Shown piece by piece: positions 32,197 to 39,758 of a DNA stretch of 51,580 nucleotides (the first letter of the stretch is position 1; every line of letters starts with the position of its first letter). Both the position numbers and the translations under genes were made by a program. Under the pieces are notes generated by a model. It was not told where the DNA came from, searched no databases, and saw only the letters and a list, made by a program, of their open reading frames with translations. The stretch is from Bacillota bacterium (lineage in GTDB: Bacteria; Bacillota; Clostridia; Peptostreptococcales; Anaerovoracaceae). Where the stretch lies: contig JAFRQL010000105.1 of NCBI GenBank assembly GCA_017428655.1, forward strand, positions 1 through 51,580, read 5' to 3'.

Positions 32197-34302
32197 TCAC
32201 AGAGTAGGTCTGCGCCTGGGGATGCCCGCGTCGTCCGAGGACCTTCCGCTCAGCGAATTGCCCTTGCCCTGAGGACCGGGAGCGTCCGGGCCTCCGAAGC
32301 CGGCGTTCTGCCTCAGCCTGTTGGTCGAAGAGCTGCCGGACGGGGCTGCGGGAGCCTCCGCGCTCCGGTATCTCTGAGGCAGCGGAGGCGGGTTCTGGGC
32401 CGCGCCGTTGTTGGCCGGCTGGGCTCCGGGACCCTGACCGTTGTTCTGCTGGTTCTGTTGATTCTGCTGGTTCTGTGGGACGGGGGGATTGGCAGGTCCC
32501 GGCTGATTGGCGGGTCCGGGCGGATTGGCGTTGTTGGGCGGAGCGGGCTGGTTCTGGCTGTTGTTCTGCTGATTCTGCTGGTTCTGCATCATCTGCTGGA
32601 TGTTCTGCAGAGACTGAGCCTGCTGCTGCTGATAGTTAGGCCCTCCGAAGTTCCAGGGGGAAAGGTTCTTCCACTTCTGTCCCAAAGCCTGGAAGGGCTG
32701 CTTGATGGTGTTGGTGACAGGCGAGAGGGCAAAGCCCGCGGTGGCTCCCGCGATGCCCGCGGCCTTTCCGACCGCCTTGCCCACGGCGCCCTTGGCTGCT
32801 CCCACGAGGCCTCCTGCGGAGGAGCTCATGTCGCCCGCCATGATGGACTGCCAGCCGGCGTTGTCCGCCAGGATACCGGTGAACAGCGAGGTCGCCTTCT
32901 TGGCCGCCTCGAAGCCACCGTAGACCAGCATGAACTTGGCCAGCATGTTGATCAGAGCGCTTCCTGGGATCAGCACCAGCTTGGGGCTCATCACCATGGG
33001 AAGATAGATGAGCAGTATCCGCATGGATATCACCGTGCCGAAAACGCTCAGCGACTGGATTATGAAGGCCGTGCCCCACTGCTTGAACTTGCCGCCGCCG
33101 TCGAAGGGCATGGCCGCGATGACGGGAGGCGCGATCACATACAGGAAGAGCATGTTGAAGAGCCTGGCGATGCAGTTGAGGATGATGACCACCAGATCGT
33201 AGATGATGGCCATGGAAGTGAGCCAGACCAGGATGTAGTCGGTGGCAAAGCCTATGTCAAAATCCGAGGATACGTTGTCGAAATTGTAGATGTTGCGCCC
33301 CTCGTCGTAGTAATAGGGGCCTCTCAGAGCGTCGTCCAGGGACGGATCCGAGTTGAACGAGGAGTTCTTCGCCGCGCCAAGGGTCCCCATCAGGAAGACC
33401 ATGCGGTCCAGATGGATGTCTTCGTCGGCGTTGTACTTTCTGCTGGCGCTTGGGACCGCCAACACCGTGCCGTTGTTCTTCAGGTAGTCCATGGCGTTGG
33501 TGATGCTCTCCGCTATGCCCTGATTGTAGACGTCCACCTTGGCGTCGGTGCGAAGATCCGCCGCCTTGGCTATCCCCGCCAGGACCGACTGCCAGGATTC
33601 TGTCACATTGCCATTGGAGTCGGTATCGTAATACGAATAATCGAAGACGCCCTCATCCTGAAGGTAGAGCATGTCCCCCCTTATGTCGTTGAAGCAAAGG
33701 TTTATGTTGTACCGGTTGTTGCTGTTGGGGACCATGGCGTAATTGCCTATCTTCGCCAGGATCCTGCCCATGGCCGCGTACTCGTATTCGTTGAAGACCT
33801 TGGTCTTGGGCTGGTCCAGATGATAGGCGTCGTTGAAGATGTAGTTGACCTGCTGCATCAGGATGTTGGTTGCGCTCAGGACCACGTTGACCACGAGGGT
33901 CATGCTGAAGATCAGGACTATGCTCCTGATGGCGGAGCTGATGATCTGGCCCATGGACTGCTGATGCTTTCCGGCGAGGTCGAACATCTTCTGGATCACC
34001 GCCCACATGGTGAACACGAACACCAGGACCAGGCCGATGACGGCCATGCCCCAGTAGATGTTGCTCACCACCTTGTTGGAGAAGAAGATGTTGATCAGGT
34101 AGTCGCGGTTGCCGTCGTAGCTGGCCTTGTCGATGCCGGAAAACACCTGGAACAGCTGGGTCAGGATGTTTATGATGCGGCAAAGAGCTCTCTCTATGAA
34201 ATAGCAGAGCTTAAAGATCGTGGCATTCAGTATGGATTCCAGGATCGAGCTGAAGGTCGAGCCCAGAAAATCTTTTATTCCGCCCCAAAGGGAATCGAGC
34301 AT
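32197..34302 (-). CDS. Polytopic membrane protein, candidate VirB6/TrbL-type channel subunit, with a Q/N/P-rich C-terminal tail (701 aa)
   Basis: SD TAGGAGG is 8 nt before the ATG at 34302. Multiple TM helices are split by a roughly 230-aa extracytoplasmic loop. Its position directly upstream of the VirB4 gene is typical for VirB6 analogues. The assignment rests on architecture and context only. Confidence 0.5.
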   Translation of the reverse strand: MLDSLWGGIKDFLGSTFSSILESILNATIFKLCYFIERALCRIINILTQLFQVFSGIDKASYDGNRDYLINIFFSNKVVSNIYWGMAVIGLVLVFVFTMWAVIQKMFDLAGKHQQSMGQIISSAIRSIVLIFSMTLVVNVVLSATNILMQQVNYIFNDAYHLDQPKTKVFNEYEYAAMGRILAKIGNYAMVPNSNNRYNINLCFNDIRGDMLYLQDEGVFDYSYYDTDSNGNVTESWQSVLAGIAKAADLRTDAKVDVYNQGIAESITNAMDYLKNNGTVLAVPSASRKYNADEDIHLDRMVFLMGTLGAAKNSSFNSDPSLDDALRGPYYYDEGRNIYNFDNVSSDFDIGFATDYILVWLTSMAIIYDLVVIILNCIARLFNMLFLYVIAPPVIAAMPFDGGGKFKQWGTAFIIQSLSVFGTVISMRILLIYLPMVMSPKLVLIPGSALINMLAKFMLVYGGFEAAKKATSLFTGILADNAGWQSIMAGDMSSSAGGLVGAAKGAVGKAVGKAAGIAGATAGFALSPVTNTIKQPFQALGQKWKNLSPWNFGGPNYQQQQAQSLQNIQQMMQNQQNQQNNSQNQPAPPNNANPPGPANQPGPANPPVPQNQQNQQNQQNNGQGPGAQPANNGAAQNPPPLPQRYRSAEAPAAPSGSSSTNRLRQNAGFGGPDAPGPQGKGNSLSGRSSDDAGIPRRRPTL
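32370..32640 (-). repeat. Q/N/P low-complexity coding region with reiterated CAGAACCAGCAG-type units
   Basis: The protein reads PNYQQQQAQSLQNIQQMMQNQQNQQNNSQNQPAPPNNANPPGPANQPGPANPPVPQNQQNQQNQQNNGQ. On the plus strand TTCTGCTGGTTCTG recurs. Confidence 0.75.
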
Positions 34303-34314
34303 CGCCCCGGCCTC

Positions 34315-35298
34315 CTATCCTATCCTGAGCCTCTTGCGTTTGATCATCACATAAGCGATGACAGCGGCTATGCTTGCTATCACCAGCGCTATGAATATCC
34401 AGCTGCCGGTGTCAAAATACATAAGTATCGAAAAATCGTATTCCTTCACATTCCCAGCGGCGTCGTATGCCCTGAGGACGTATATCCCGGTGTCCCTGAT
34501 GACTCCGGTGCCGTCGGCCTCGACGTAAACGTCGGTAAGCTCCCCGTTGCGAAGAAGGCTCAGGGTGCCGCCCTTCTCAACGCCGGAGAACTTTAAGGCG
34601 CTCCTCACCTGGTTATCGTCTCCGATCTTCCCCTGGAAGGCCAGAGCCGGAGGGGTCCTGTCGATCTCAACGCTGAGGGTGTACGCCAGATCGGTGCTCA
34701 TGCACTCGTATTCGACCTCGTAGACGCCCTCCTTGGTCATGTCGACCACATATCTGTCGGAGTATGCGTCCTGGCCGTCGAGGGTCGCCGATGTGACGAA
34801 GAACCCGTCGGGGACGGTGAACCTCTGGATGGCGTTGGAATAGGGGCCGACCAGGGTGAAGGACATGATCCTCCTAGAGCCGCCGCCGACTCTTGCCTGG
34901 ACCACGTAGTCTCCCGCCTCGTTGATGGTGGACAGGTCTCCGGTGTATTCGGCGCCGTTGTGGTAGACTCCCACGGTCTCGTCGCCGCCGGTGTCCACGC
35001 TCACCGGAACGTTGAGGTACATGCCGTCAGCCGCGGTCACATGGACCTCGGTCAGGCTGCCGTCTATGGGATAGACGTAGTCGTGGGTCGACCAGTCGTA
35101 ATACATGGTGTTCGATATCTGGACCCTGTCCGTGCCCGATACTGTCTCTACGGCACTGCCGGCGGGCTGGTTGGTCATGGGATCCAGCACTCCGGAGTAT
35201 TCGACGTCGGCGAAGACCGGCGCCGCCAGGAGCAGGAGCAGGACCAGGGCGGCTGCCGCAGCAAGAGCCCTCAGGGTCTTTTTTACAGTCATATCCAT
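34315..35298 (-). CDS. Surface protein, 327 aa: signal peptide, beta-rich ectodomain, C-terminal TM anchor with basic tail
   Basis: Signal peptide is ALAAAAALVLLLLLAAPVFADV. C-terminal anchor is WIFIALVIASIAAVIAYVMIKRKRLRIG, with no LPXTG before it. SD AAAGGAGG is upstream. Confidence 0.65.
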   Translation of the reverse strand: MDMTVKKTLRALAAAAALVLLLLLAAPVFADVEYSGVLDPMTNQPAGSAVETVSGTDRVQISNTMYYDWSTHDYVYPIDGSLTEVHVTAADGMYLNVPVSVDTGGDETVGVYHNGAEYTGDLSTINEAGDYVVQARVGGGSRRIMSFTLVGPYSNAIQRFTVPDGFFVTSATLDGQDAYSDRYVVDMTKEGVYEVEYECMSTDLAYTLSVEIDRTPPALAFQGKIGDDNQVRSALKFSGVEKGGTLSLLRNGELTDVYVEADGTGVIRDTGIYVLRAYDAAGNVKEYDFSILMYFDTGSWIFIALVIASIAAVIAYVMIKRKRLRIG

Positions 35299-35352
35299 GC
35301 CCTTTGGGGCCTCCTTTCTTTAAAGCTGCGGTGCGCGGGGCACTGCGTCATA

Positions 35353-37878
35353 CTAGTACTGATGGTTCTTCAGCTGCTCCTTCTGATTGTCTGGGACGAC
35401 GAAGTACGGGATCTCCTTTTCCGGAACGTCGGTGAGGAGCCTCGGATCGGTCATCTTTGAGCTCAGATATACCGGTCCGATGTATCTGAGCTCGTAGTAC
35501 ATCTTCATCTTCTCGCTGTAGTAGTAGATGTAGATCTCGGAGCGGTCGCCCGAATGTTCAAAGCTCCTCAGGTCCACGAAATAGTAGACCTTCAGTTCGG
35601 GATCGTAGTAGACCGTATTGTTCTCGTAATCGGTGGCGGCGTCCCTTCCGGAGTTCGGACCGATCACGCCGCTCCTGGTCCTGTATCCGTCGGGAAGGCT
35701 CTTCGCGTTGTATTCGGTGTCGGACGAGCTGGGTACCGGGGCGTTGCCCTTGAAATAGGAAACGTCGCCGCTGTCGTTTACGAATACATATCTCTGAAGG
35801 TCCTTGTCGAAATAGTAGATCCTGCCGTCTATGGAGGATTCGAACCAGTAGACCTCTATGATCTTGTCGTAATAGACCACCGAGCTCCTTGCATCGTCCT
35901 CGTAATGGATCTGCTCTCCCCTGTGGCCGGTGCGGTTGGCCATATCGGTGTCGATACTGTGAGAGGATGAGATCATGAAGATGTTATCGTTTCCGTAGAT
36001 GCCGTCCTTGGCGATCCTGGCCGCGGCAGTGTCCTCTCTTATGGACATGCCGGGATAGTCCTGTCCGGTTATCCTGCTGCTTACGAGCTGAAGACCGCCT
36101 CCCTCGAGGCCGACGCCTACGAAGACCCTTCCGTCCTTCCTGTTCTCGATGGTATGGTCCTGATAGACCTCGAAATTCTCGGAAATGATGGCACCGTAGT
36201 TTACGCAGTGGGCGCCTTCGCTGAAGATGATCCCGGTCTTGCCGCCGCCGACCACCTTGCAGTCGGGCATCACTATCATGGTGCCGTCGCAGACTATCCT
36301 GCCGCCTTCGGCGCCGGGCTCCTGCATGGGAGCGAGGACGCCGTAGCCCTCGGAAAGGCTGTCGTTGTCCGTCTCAAGCTCCTGCACCAGAAGGGTCCCG
36401 CCGGGCTCGACGACTATGGTGCCGTTGTTTATGACCCAGCCGGAGACCGAGAGCACTCCGCCGTCCTTGACGTAGATGGTGGCGTTGCTCCCGATGACGA
36501 TGGGGCCGTCCAGACTGGATACCTGGCCGTCCTGCACTGTAAAACTGGTCTGTATAAAGCTCATGGGCACGGGCTCAGCATAGTATATGTCGAAGCCGAT
36601 ATCATAGCTGTTGTTTAAGGTATTATCCAGGTAATGATCGGCAGAAAAACCGTTTCCCGCGGCAGTCGCAAGGTTGCTGCGGCTGTGCATGAGAGAGATC
36701 ATGTCCGCATAGAGGTCCATGTAGCGTACGTGATTCTGGATATTCGCCCTGTCCTGGTCAGGATAGTAGCTCTCCACATAGAATCCGTAGTTGCTGTTGG
36801 TCTGCAGGTGATACTTTCCGTCCGTGGTCTGAAAGGCCAGCCAGCTGCGGCGTCTGAGGGTAATGTTTTTATCAGGGAGGACATCCTTCGATCCGCTGGC
36901 AAAGGGCTTCATCCTCCAATTAGGATCCGTCCAGTTGGCCACCGTACCGCCCAGGGAACGGTCAGAACCGCTTGCCACGTTGCTTGTGGCCACGGGGCTT
37001 TCTATGCCGAGATACCAGTCGAAGCTGGCGGTCTGGACCGCCTTGGTGCCGAAGAACTGATCAAATTCGTCATAATCCACGTGGAAGGAATAATCCCCGG
37101 TGAGCCAGGCATATCCGCTTTCGTAGTCCGCATAGGGCACCTGTATGGCGTAGTAGCCCACCTGGCCCTGGACCTCGCCATACTGCTTCTCGGTGCGGCC
37201 TATTCCCAGATAACTCTGAGTCCAATCCGTAAAACGGTCATCGGCCTCCTTGCGAAGCTCCAGCCGGGAGGCGAGTCCCCCTCCCCATACATAGCCCTTA
37301 GGGATATCCGTGGGCTCGTAGACCGCTATAAAGCGGGGGAGCGGAGGCAGGGAAAGGCTCACCGCAGTGCCGCCGTTTTTTACGGACTCAAAGTCGAAGT
37401 CCAGCTGGTCGACCCTGGCGGTCTCTTTCATAGGATATCTTCTTACCCTGTGGAACATGCCTGCGGGCGAAGATTCCGTGCCTTTGTCCCGGGGAATATC
37501 CAGCTTATTACTCCAATCGGATTCCCTTGTCTGATATGGAAGATCCTCCCACCTTCTTGCAATACGATGGGTCTGCTCGCCGTTTTTGAGCATATCCTGA
37601 AAGTTGCTGTCCGCAAGAAGGTAATATTTATCGTCCCATACCAGAAGCACCGGATAGGCTGTATGCTTTGCATCCGGCCTGATGGGAGGCACACCCTTGT
37701 GCCAGTAGTAGACCATGCTCTTGGTGATGGTGGGGTCCTTAAAGCCGGACGAATCGATATTGAATTCGTCCGCCAGGGCGACGGTGAGGCTGGTCAGGAG
37801 CATCACCACGCAGATGAGCCCGGAGAACAGGCCGGGCATGGATCTTTTTATCTTGTTTATGATGGAACTGTTCGCCAT
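35353..37878 (-). CDS. Large secreted protein, 841 aa: signal peptide, central beta-helix-like segment, C-terminal aromatic (YY/YF) repeats
   Basis: Signal peptide is LFSGLICVVMLLTSLTVALADE. Middle segment reads GSNATIYVKDGGVLSVSGWVINNGTIVVEPGGTLLV...IVCDGTMIVMPDCKVVGGGKTGIIFSEGAHCVNYGAII. C-terminal repeats read VVYYDKIIEVYWFE..RIYYFDKDLQRYVF..TVYYDPELKVYYFVD..IYIYYYSEKMKMYYEL. Confidence 0.65.
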   Translation of the reverse strand: MANSSIINKIKRSMPGLFSGLICVVMLLTSLTVALADEFNIDSSGFKDPTITKSMVYYWHKGVPPIRPDAKHTAYPVLLVWDDKYYLLADSNFQDMLKNGEQTHRIARRWEDLPYQTRESDWSNKLDIPRDKGTESSPAGMFHRVRRYPMKETARVDQLDFDFESVKNGGTAVSLSLPPLPRFIAVYEPTDIPKGYVWGGGLASRLELRKEADDRFTDWTQSYLGIGRTEKQYGEVQGQVGYYAIQVPYADYESGYAWLTGDYSFHVDYDEFDQFFGTKAVQTASFDWYLGIESPVATSNVASGSDRSLGGTVANWTDPNWRMKPFASGSKDVLPDKNITLRRRSWLAFQTTDGKYHLQTNSNYGFYVESYYPDQDRANIQNHVRYMDLYADMISLMHSRSNLATAAGNGFSADHYLDNTLNNSYDIGFDIYYAEPVPMSFIQTSFTVQDGQVSSLDGPIVIGSNATIYVKDGGVLSVSGWVINNGTIVVEPGGTLLVQELETDNDSLSEGYGVLAPMQEPGAEGGRIVCDGTMIVMPDCKVVGGGKTGIIFSEGAHCVNYGAIISENFEVYQDHTIENRKDGRVFVGVGLEGGGLQLVSSRITGQDYPGMSIREDTAAARIAKDGIYGNDNIFMISSSHSIDTDMANRTGHRGEQIHYEDDARSSVVYYDKIIEVYWFESSIDGRIYYFDKDLQRYVFVNDSGDVSYFKGNAPVPSSSDTEYNAKSLPDGYRTRSGVIGPNSGRDAATDYENNTVYYDPELKVYYFVDLRSFEHSGDRSEIYIYYYSEKMKMYYELRYIGPVYLSSKMTDPRLLTDVPEKEIPYFVVPDNQKEQLKNHQY

Positions 37879-37953
37879 TTTTTCTCCAGCAGTCTAAGAC
37901 TTTTCGGATAAAAGCTTCCGGTCCCAGGCCGCAGTCCAAACTGCGCCCTCGGA

Positions 37954-37977
37954 TCGAAAGCCTTTTCAGGCTTTCGA
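37954..37977 (-). other. Perfect 9-bp intercistronic stem-loop between the pilin-like gene and the 841-aa gene (no T-run)
   Basis: TCGAAAGCC-TTTTCA-GGCTTTCGA lies in the 176-bp gap after the small 2-TM gene. Confidence 0.4.
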
Positions 37978-38054
37978 AAAGCATTCTCAAGGCCGCCTTG
38001 ATCTTATCGGAGCTTTATGCGCGCGCTGCCCCGTATATCCAAAGATCTGCCGCT

Positions 38055-38333
38055 CTACTTGATAGTGCCCTTTCTGATGGAATTGACCCACTTGATCATC
38101 TGAGGCATCATGATCTTCAGTGCGAGGATCAGGACGAAGATGAGCAGGAATCCGATAAGGGCGTTCTTCAGCGCTCCCTTGGCCTTTTCCCTGTCCTGAG
38201 GCTCTTCCGCCTTGGCATACTTGACGCCAAGAATGACGCAGTAGACCGAGCCGGCAGCGCCCACCAGACCCAGAAGCGGGGTCAGCATGGATTCGATCAG
38301 CTCGATAATGGGATTGGCAACAGCATCAAACAT
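38055..38333 (-). CDS. Small 2-TM protein, VirB2/TrbC pilin-like (92 aa)
   Basis: Start set at the ATG at 38333 behind GGAAGGAGA; the ORF-track start at 38429 runs through the promoter motif. Hydrophobic helix LTPLLGLVGAAGSVYCVILGV, charged loop KYAKAEEPQDREKAKGALKN, then helix ALIGFLLIFVLILALKIMM, the classic VirB2/TrbC layout. It is the first gene of the locus. Confidence 0.5.
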   Translation of the reverse strand: MFDAVANPIIELIESMLTPLLGLVGAAGSVYCVILGVKYAKAEEPQDREKAKGALKNALIGFLLIFVLILALKIMMPQMIKWVNSIRKGTIK

Positions 38334-38381
38334 GTGATTTTCTCCTTCCTTAAATTTATGATCCACCGGACAGTCCGGCGC

Positions 38382-38425
38382 ATTCTCAATTTGAACTCTA
38401 ACAAGGGCTGTCCAACAAATGTCCA
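38382..38425 (-). promoter_or_regulatory. Activator-type promoter: TGGACA-TTTGT-TGGACA direct repeat plus a -10-like GAGAAT 21 nt downstream (copy A)
   Basis: CTGTCCAACAAATGTCCA (plus, 38408-38425) is identical to 16075-16092. GAGAAT is at 38387-38382 (minus). A 13-bp palindrome CCGGAC-A-GTCCGG (38366-38378) follows. It lies in the gap between the kinase stop and the pilin-like gene. Confidence 0.55.
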
Positions 38426-38452
38426 ACAAGGCCCCGCAATAAAATCAAGCGG

Positions 38453-39706
38453 TCAGATCAGGTCCCTGGCGTCGGGTATCCTGATGGTTATGGTGGCCCC
38501 TTCGCCCTCGGTGCTGTCCACGGTGAGGGTCCCGCCGCACATCTTCTCGATCCTCTCCTTGACGTTCCGAAGACCGATATGGGTATCGTCGGCGTTCATG
38601 GCCTGCTCCACGTCGAACCCCTTGCCGTTGTCCATTATGACTATGATATGGCCGCCCTCGCCCTTTCTGGTGACCACCGAGATCATCCCGTCGCGCCTGA
38701 TGCGAACCCCGTGGCGTATGGCGTTCTCCACCAGGGGCTGGACGGTGAGGGCCGGCAAGGTGAAGCCGGTGTCCTGGATGTCGTAGCTGATGGCGATGTG
38801 GGAGAAGCGCAGCTGCTCTATGTCGGTGTAGATCTTCGTGTGCTCGATCTCGGTCTCGATGGGTATCAGCCTGGGCTGGCTCAGGGAATCGATGTTCTGG
38901 CGAAGGTAGGTCCCGAACCTTTCGACGGTATCCGCCGCCTTTTCAGGGTCGATGAGGCAGAGGGCCTGGATGGTCGACAGGGTATTGTAGAGGAAATGAG
39001 GCTGGATCTGGCTCATCATGATGTGGATCCGCTGCTCGGCCATGAGGGAGTTCTCGTGGGCCCGGACGAACTGCAGGTGGAGCCAGATGTAATAAAAGAC
39101 GGCGCAGCTCACCGAGGTGATGGTCAGATAGCTTATGATGGCATCTACGGCGAAGATGGTGTCGGCCATGGCGGCGGTGATGATCAGGACGCAGCAGACT
39201 ATCGGGATGACCGACTCGGTCTTTTTCGAATGGTAGAAGGTCTTAAGGGACCTTTGGACCAGAACGATCAGGAATATGAAGCTCAGGACGTGGCACATGA
39301 AGCCCATGGGGCCTCTGTGGAACTTGTTGTCCTCGGTTATGGTGAAGGCGAGGGGCGCGAAGAAGGCTGTAAAATATACGGCGGCATTGACTCCGACCAT
39401 GACCTTGGGCAGGGTCAGGTCGCTCCCGCTGTCGATGAGCCTTAAGAAGAGCACCAGTATGAATGGCCTTACGGCGTAACCGTAGGCGCTGACGAATATC
39501 CTGAAAGGGACGTTGACCGCCAGGGTCAGATGGTAGCTGAGAAGGTCCTGGACCACCAGGCTGGCCTCCAGCCACAGGGTGATGAAGAACAGTCTTCTCT
39601 GCCTCTCCTGCATGTAGGGATCCATCAGGACCGCATAATATACGCCTACCAGCTGCAGGATCAGCGGCACCAGCACCTTTATGACCATCGAGATATCCTG
39701 GTCCAC
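38453..39706 (-). CDS. Sensor histidine kinase, LytS/YehU-type (PF06580-like His_kinase plus HATPase), multi-TM sensor domain
   Basis: QIQPHFLYNTLSTIQ signature, then LTVQPLVENAIRHG, DNGKGF and GIGLRNV-like boxes. Start is probably the GTG at 39706, 6 nt after AAAGGAGG; the ORF-track TTG at 39730 has no SD. Confidence 0.8.
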   Translation of the reverse strand: MDQDISMVIKVLVPLILQLVGVYYAVLMDPYMQERQRRLFFITLWLEASLVVQDLLSYHLTLAVNVPFRIFVSAYGYAVRPFILVLFLRLIDSGSDLTLPKVMVGVNAAVYFTAFFAPLAFTITEDNKFHRGPMGFMCHVLSFIFLIVLVQRSLKTFYHSKKTESVIPIVCCVLIITAAMADTIFAVDAIISYLTITSVSCAVFYYIWLHLQFVRAHENSLMAEQRIHIMMSQIQPHFLYNTLSTIQALCLIDPEKAADTVERFGTYLRQNIDSLSQPRLIPIETEIEHTKIYTDIEQLRFSHIAISYDIQDTGFTLPALTVQPLVENAIRHGVRIRRDGMISVVTRKGEGGHIIVIMDNGKGFDVEQAMNADDTHIGLRNVKERIEKMCGGTLTVDSTEGEGATITIRIPDARDLI

Positions 39707-39758
39707 GAGGGGCCTCCTTTTCGTGAACAAAAAACGGGCAGAGCCCGCGGAAAAGTTC

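Noticed and set aside
38334-38429. N-terminal extensions in the ORF track (38429, 40664, 45096, 13609, 9289, 46135, 50596, 39730, 15949).
   Set aside because: In each case an internal ATG or GTG sits 5-9 nt behind a strong AAAGGAG-type SD. The extension also overlaps a promoter, the TGGACA motif or the 5' UTR. Several track starts are actually GTG or TTG codons without any SD.
39729-39747. Short hairpin CGGGC-TCT-GCCCG plus T6 between the response regulator and kinase genes, a possible internal attenuator.
   Set aside because: The stem is only 5 bp, and the T-run merges with the spacer before the kinase SD. This is too weak to call a terminator without transcript data.
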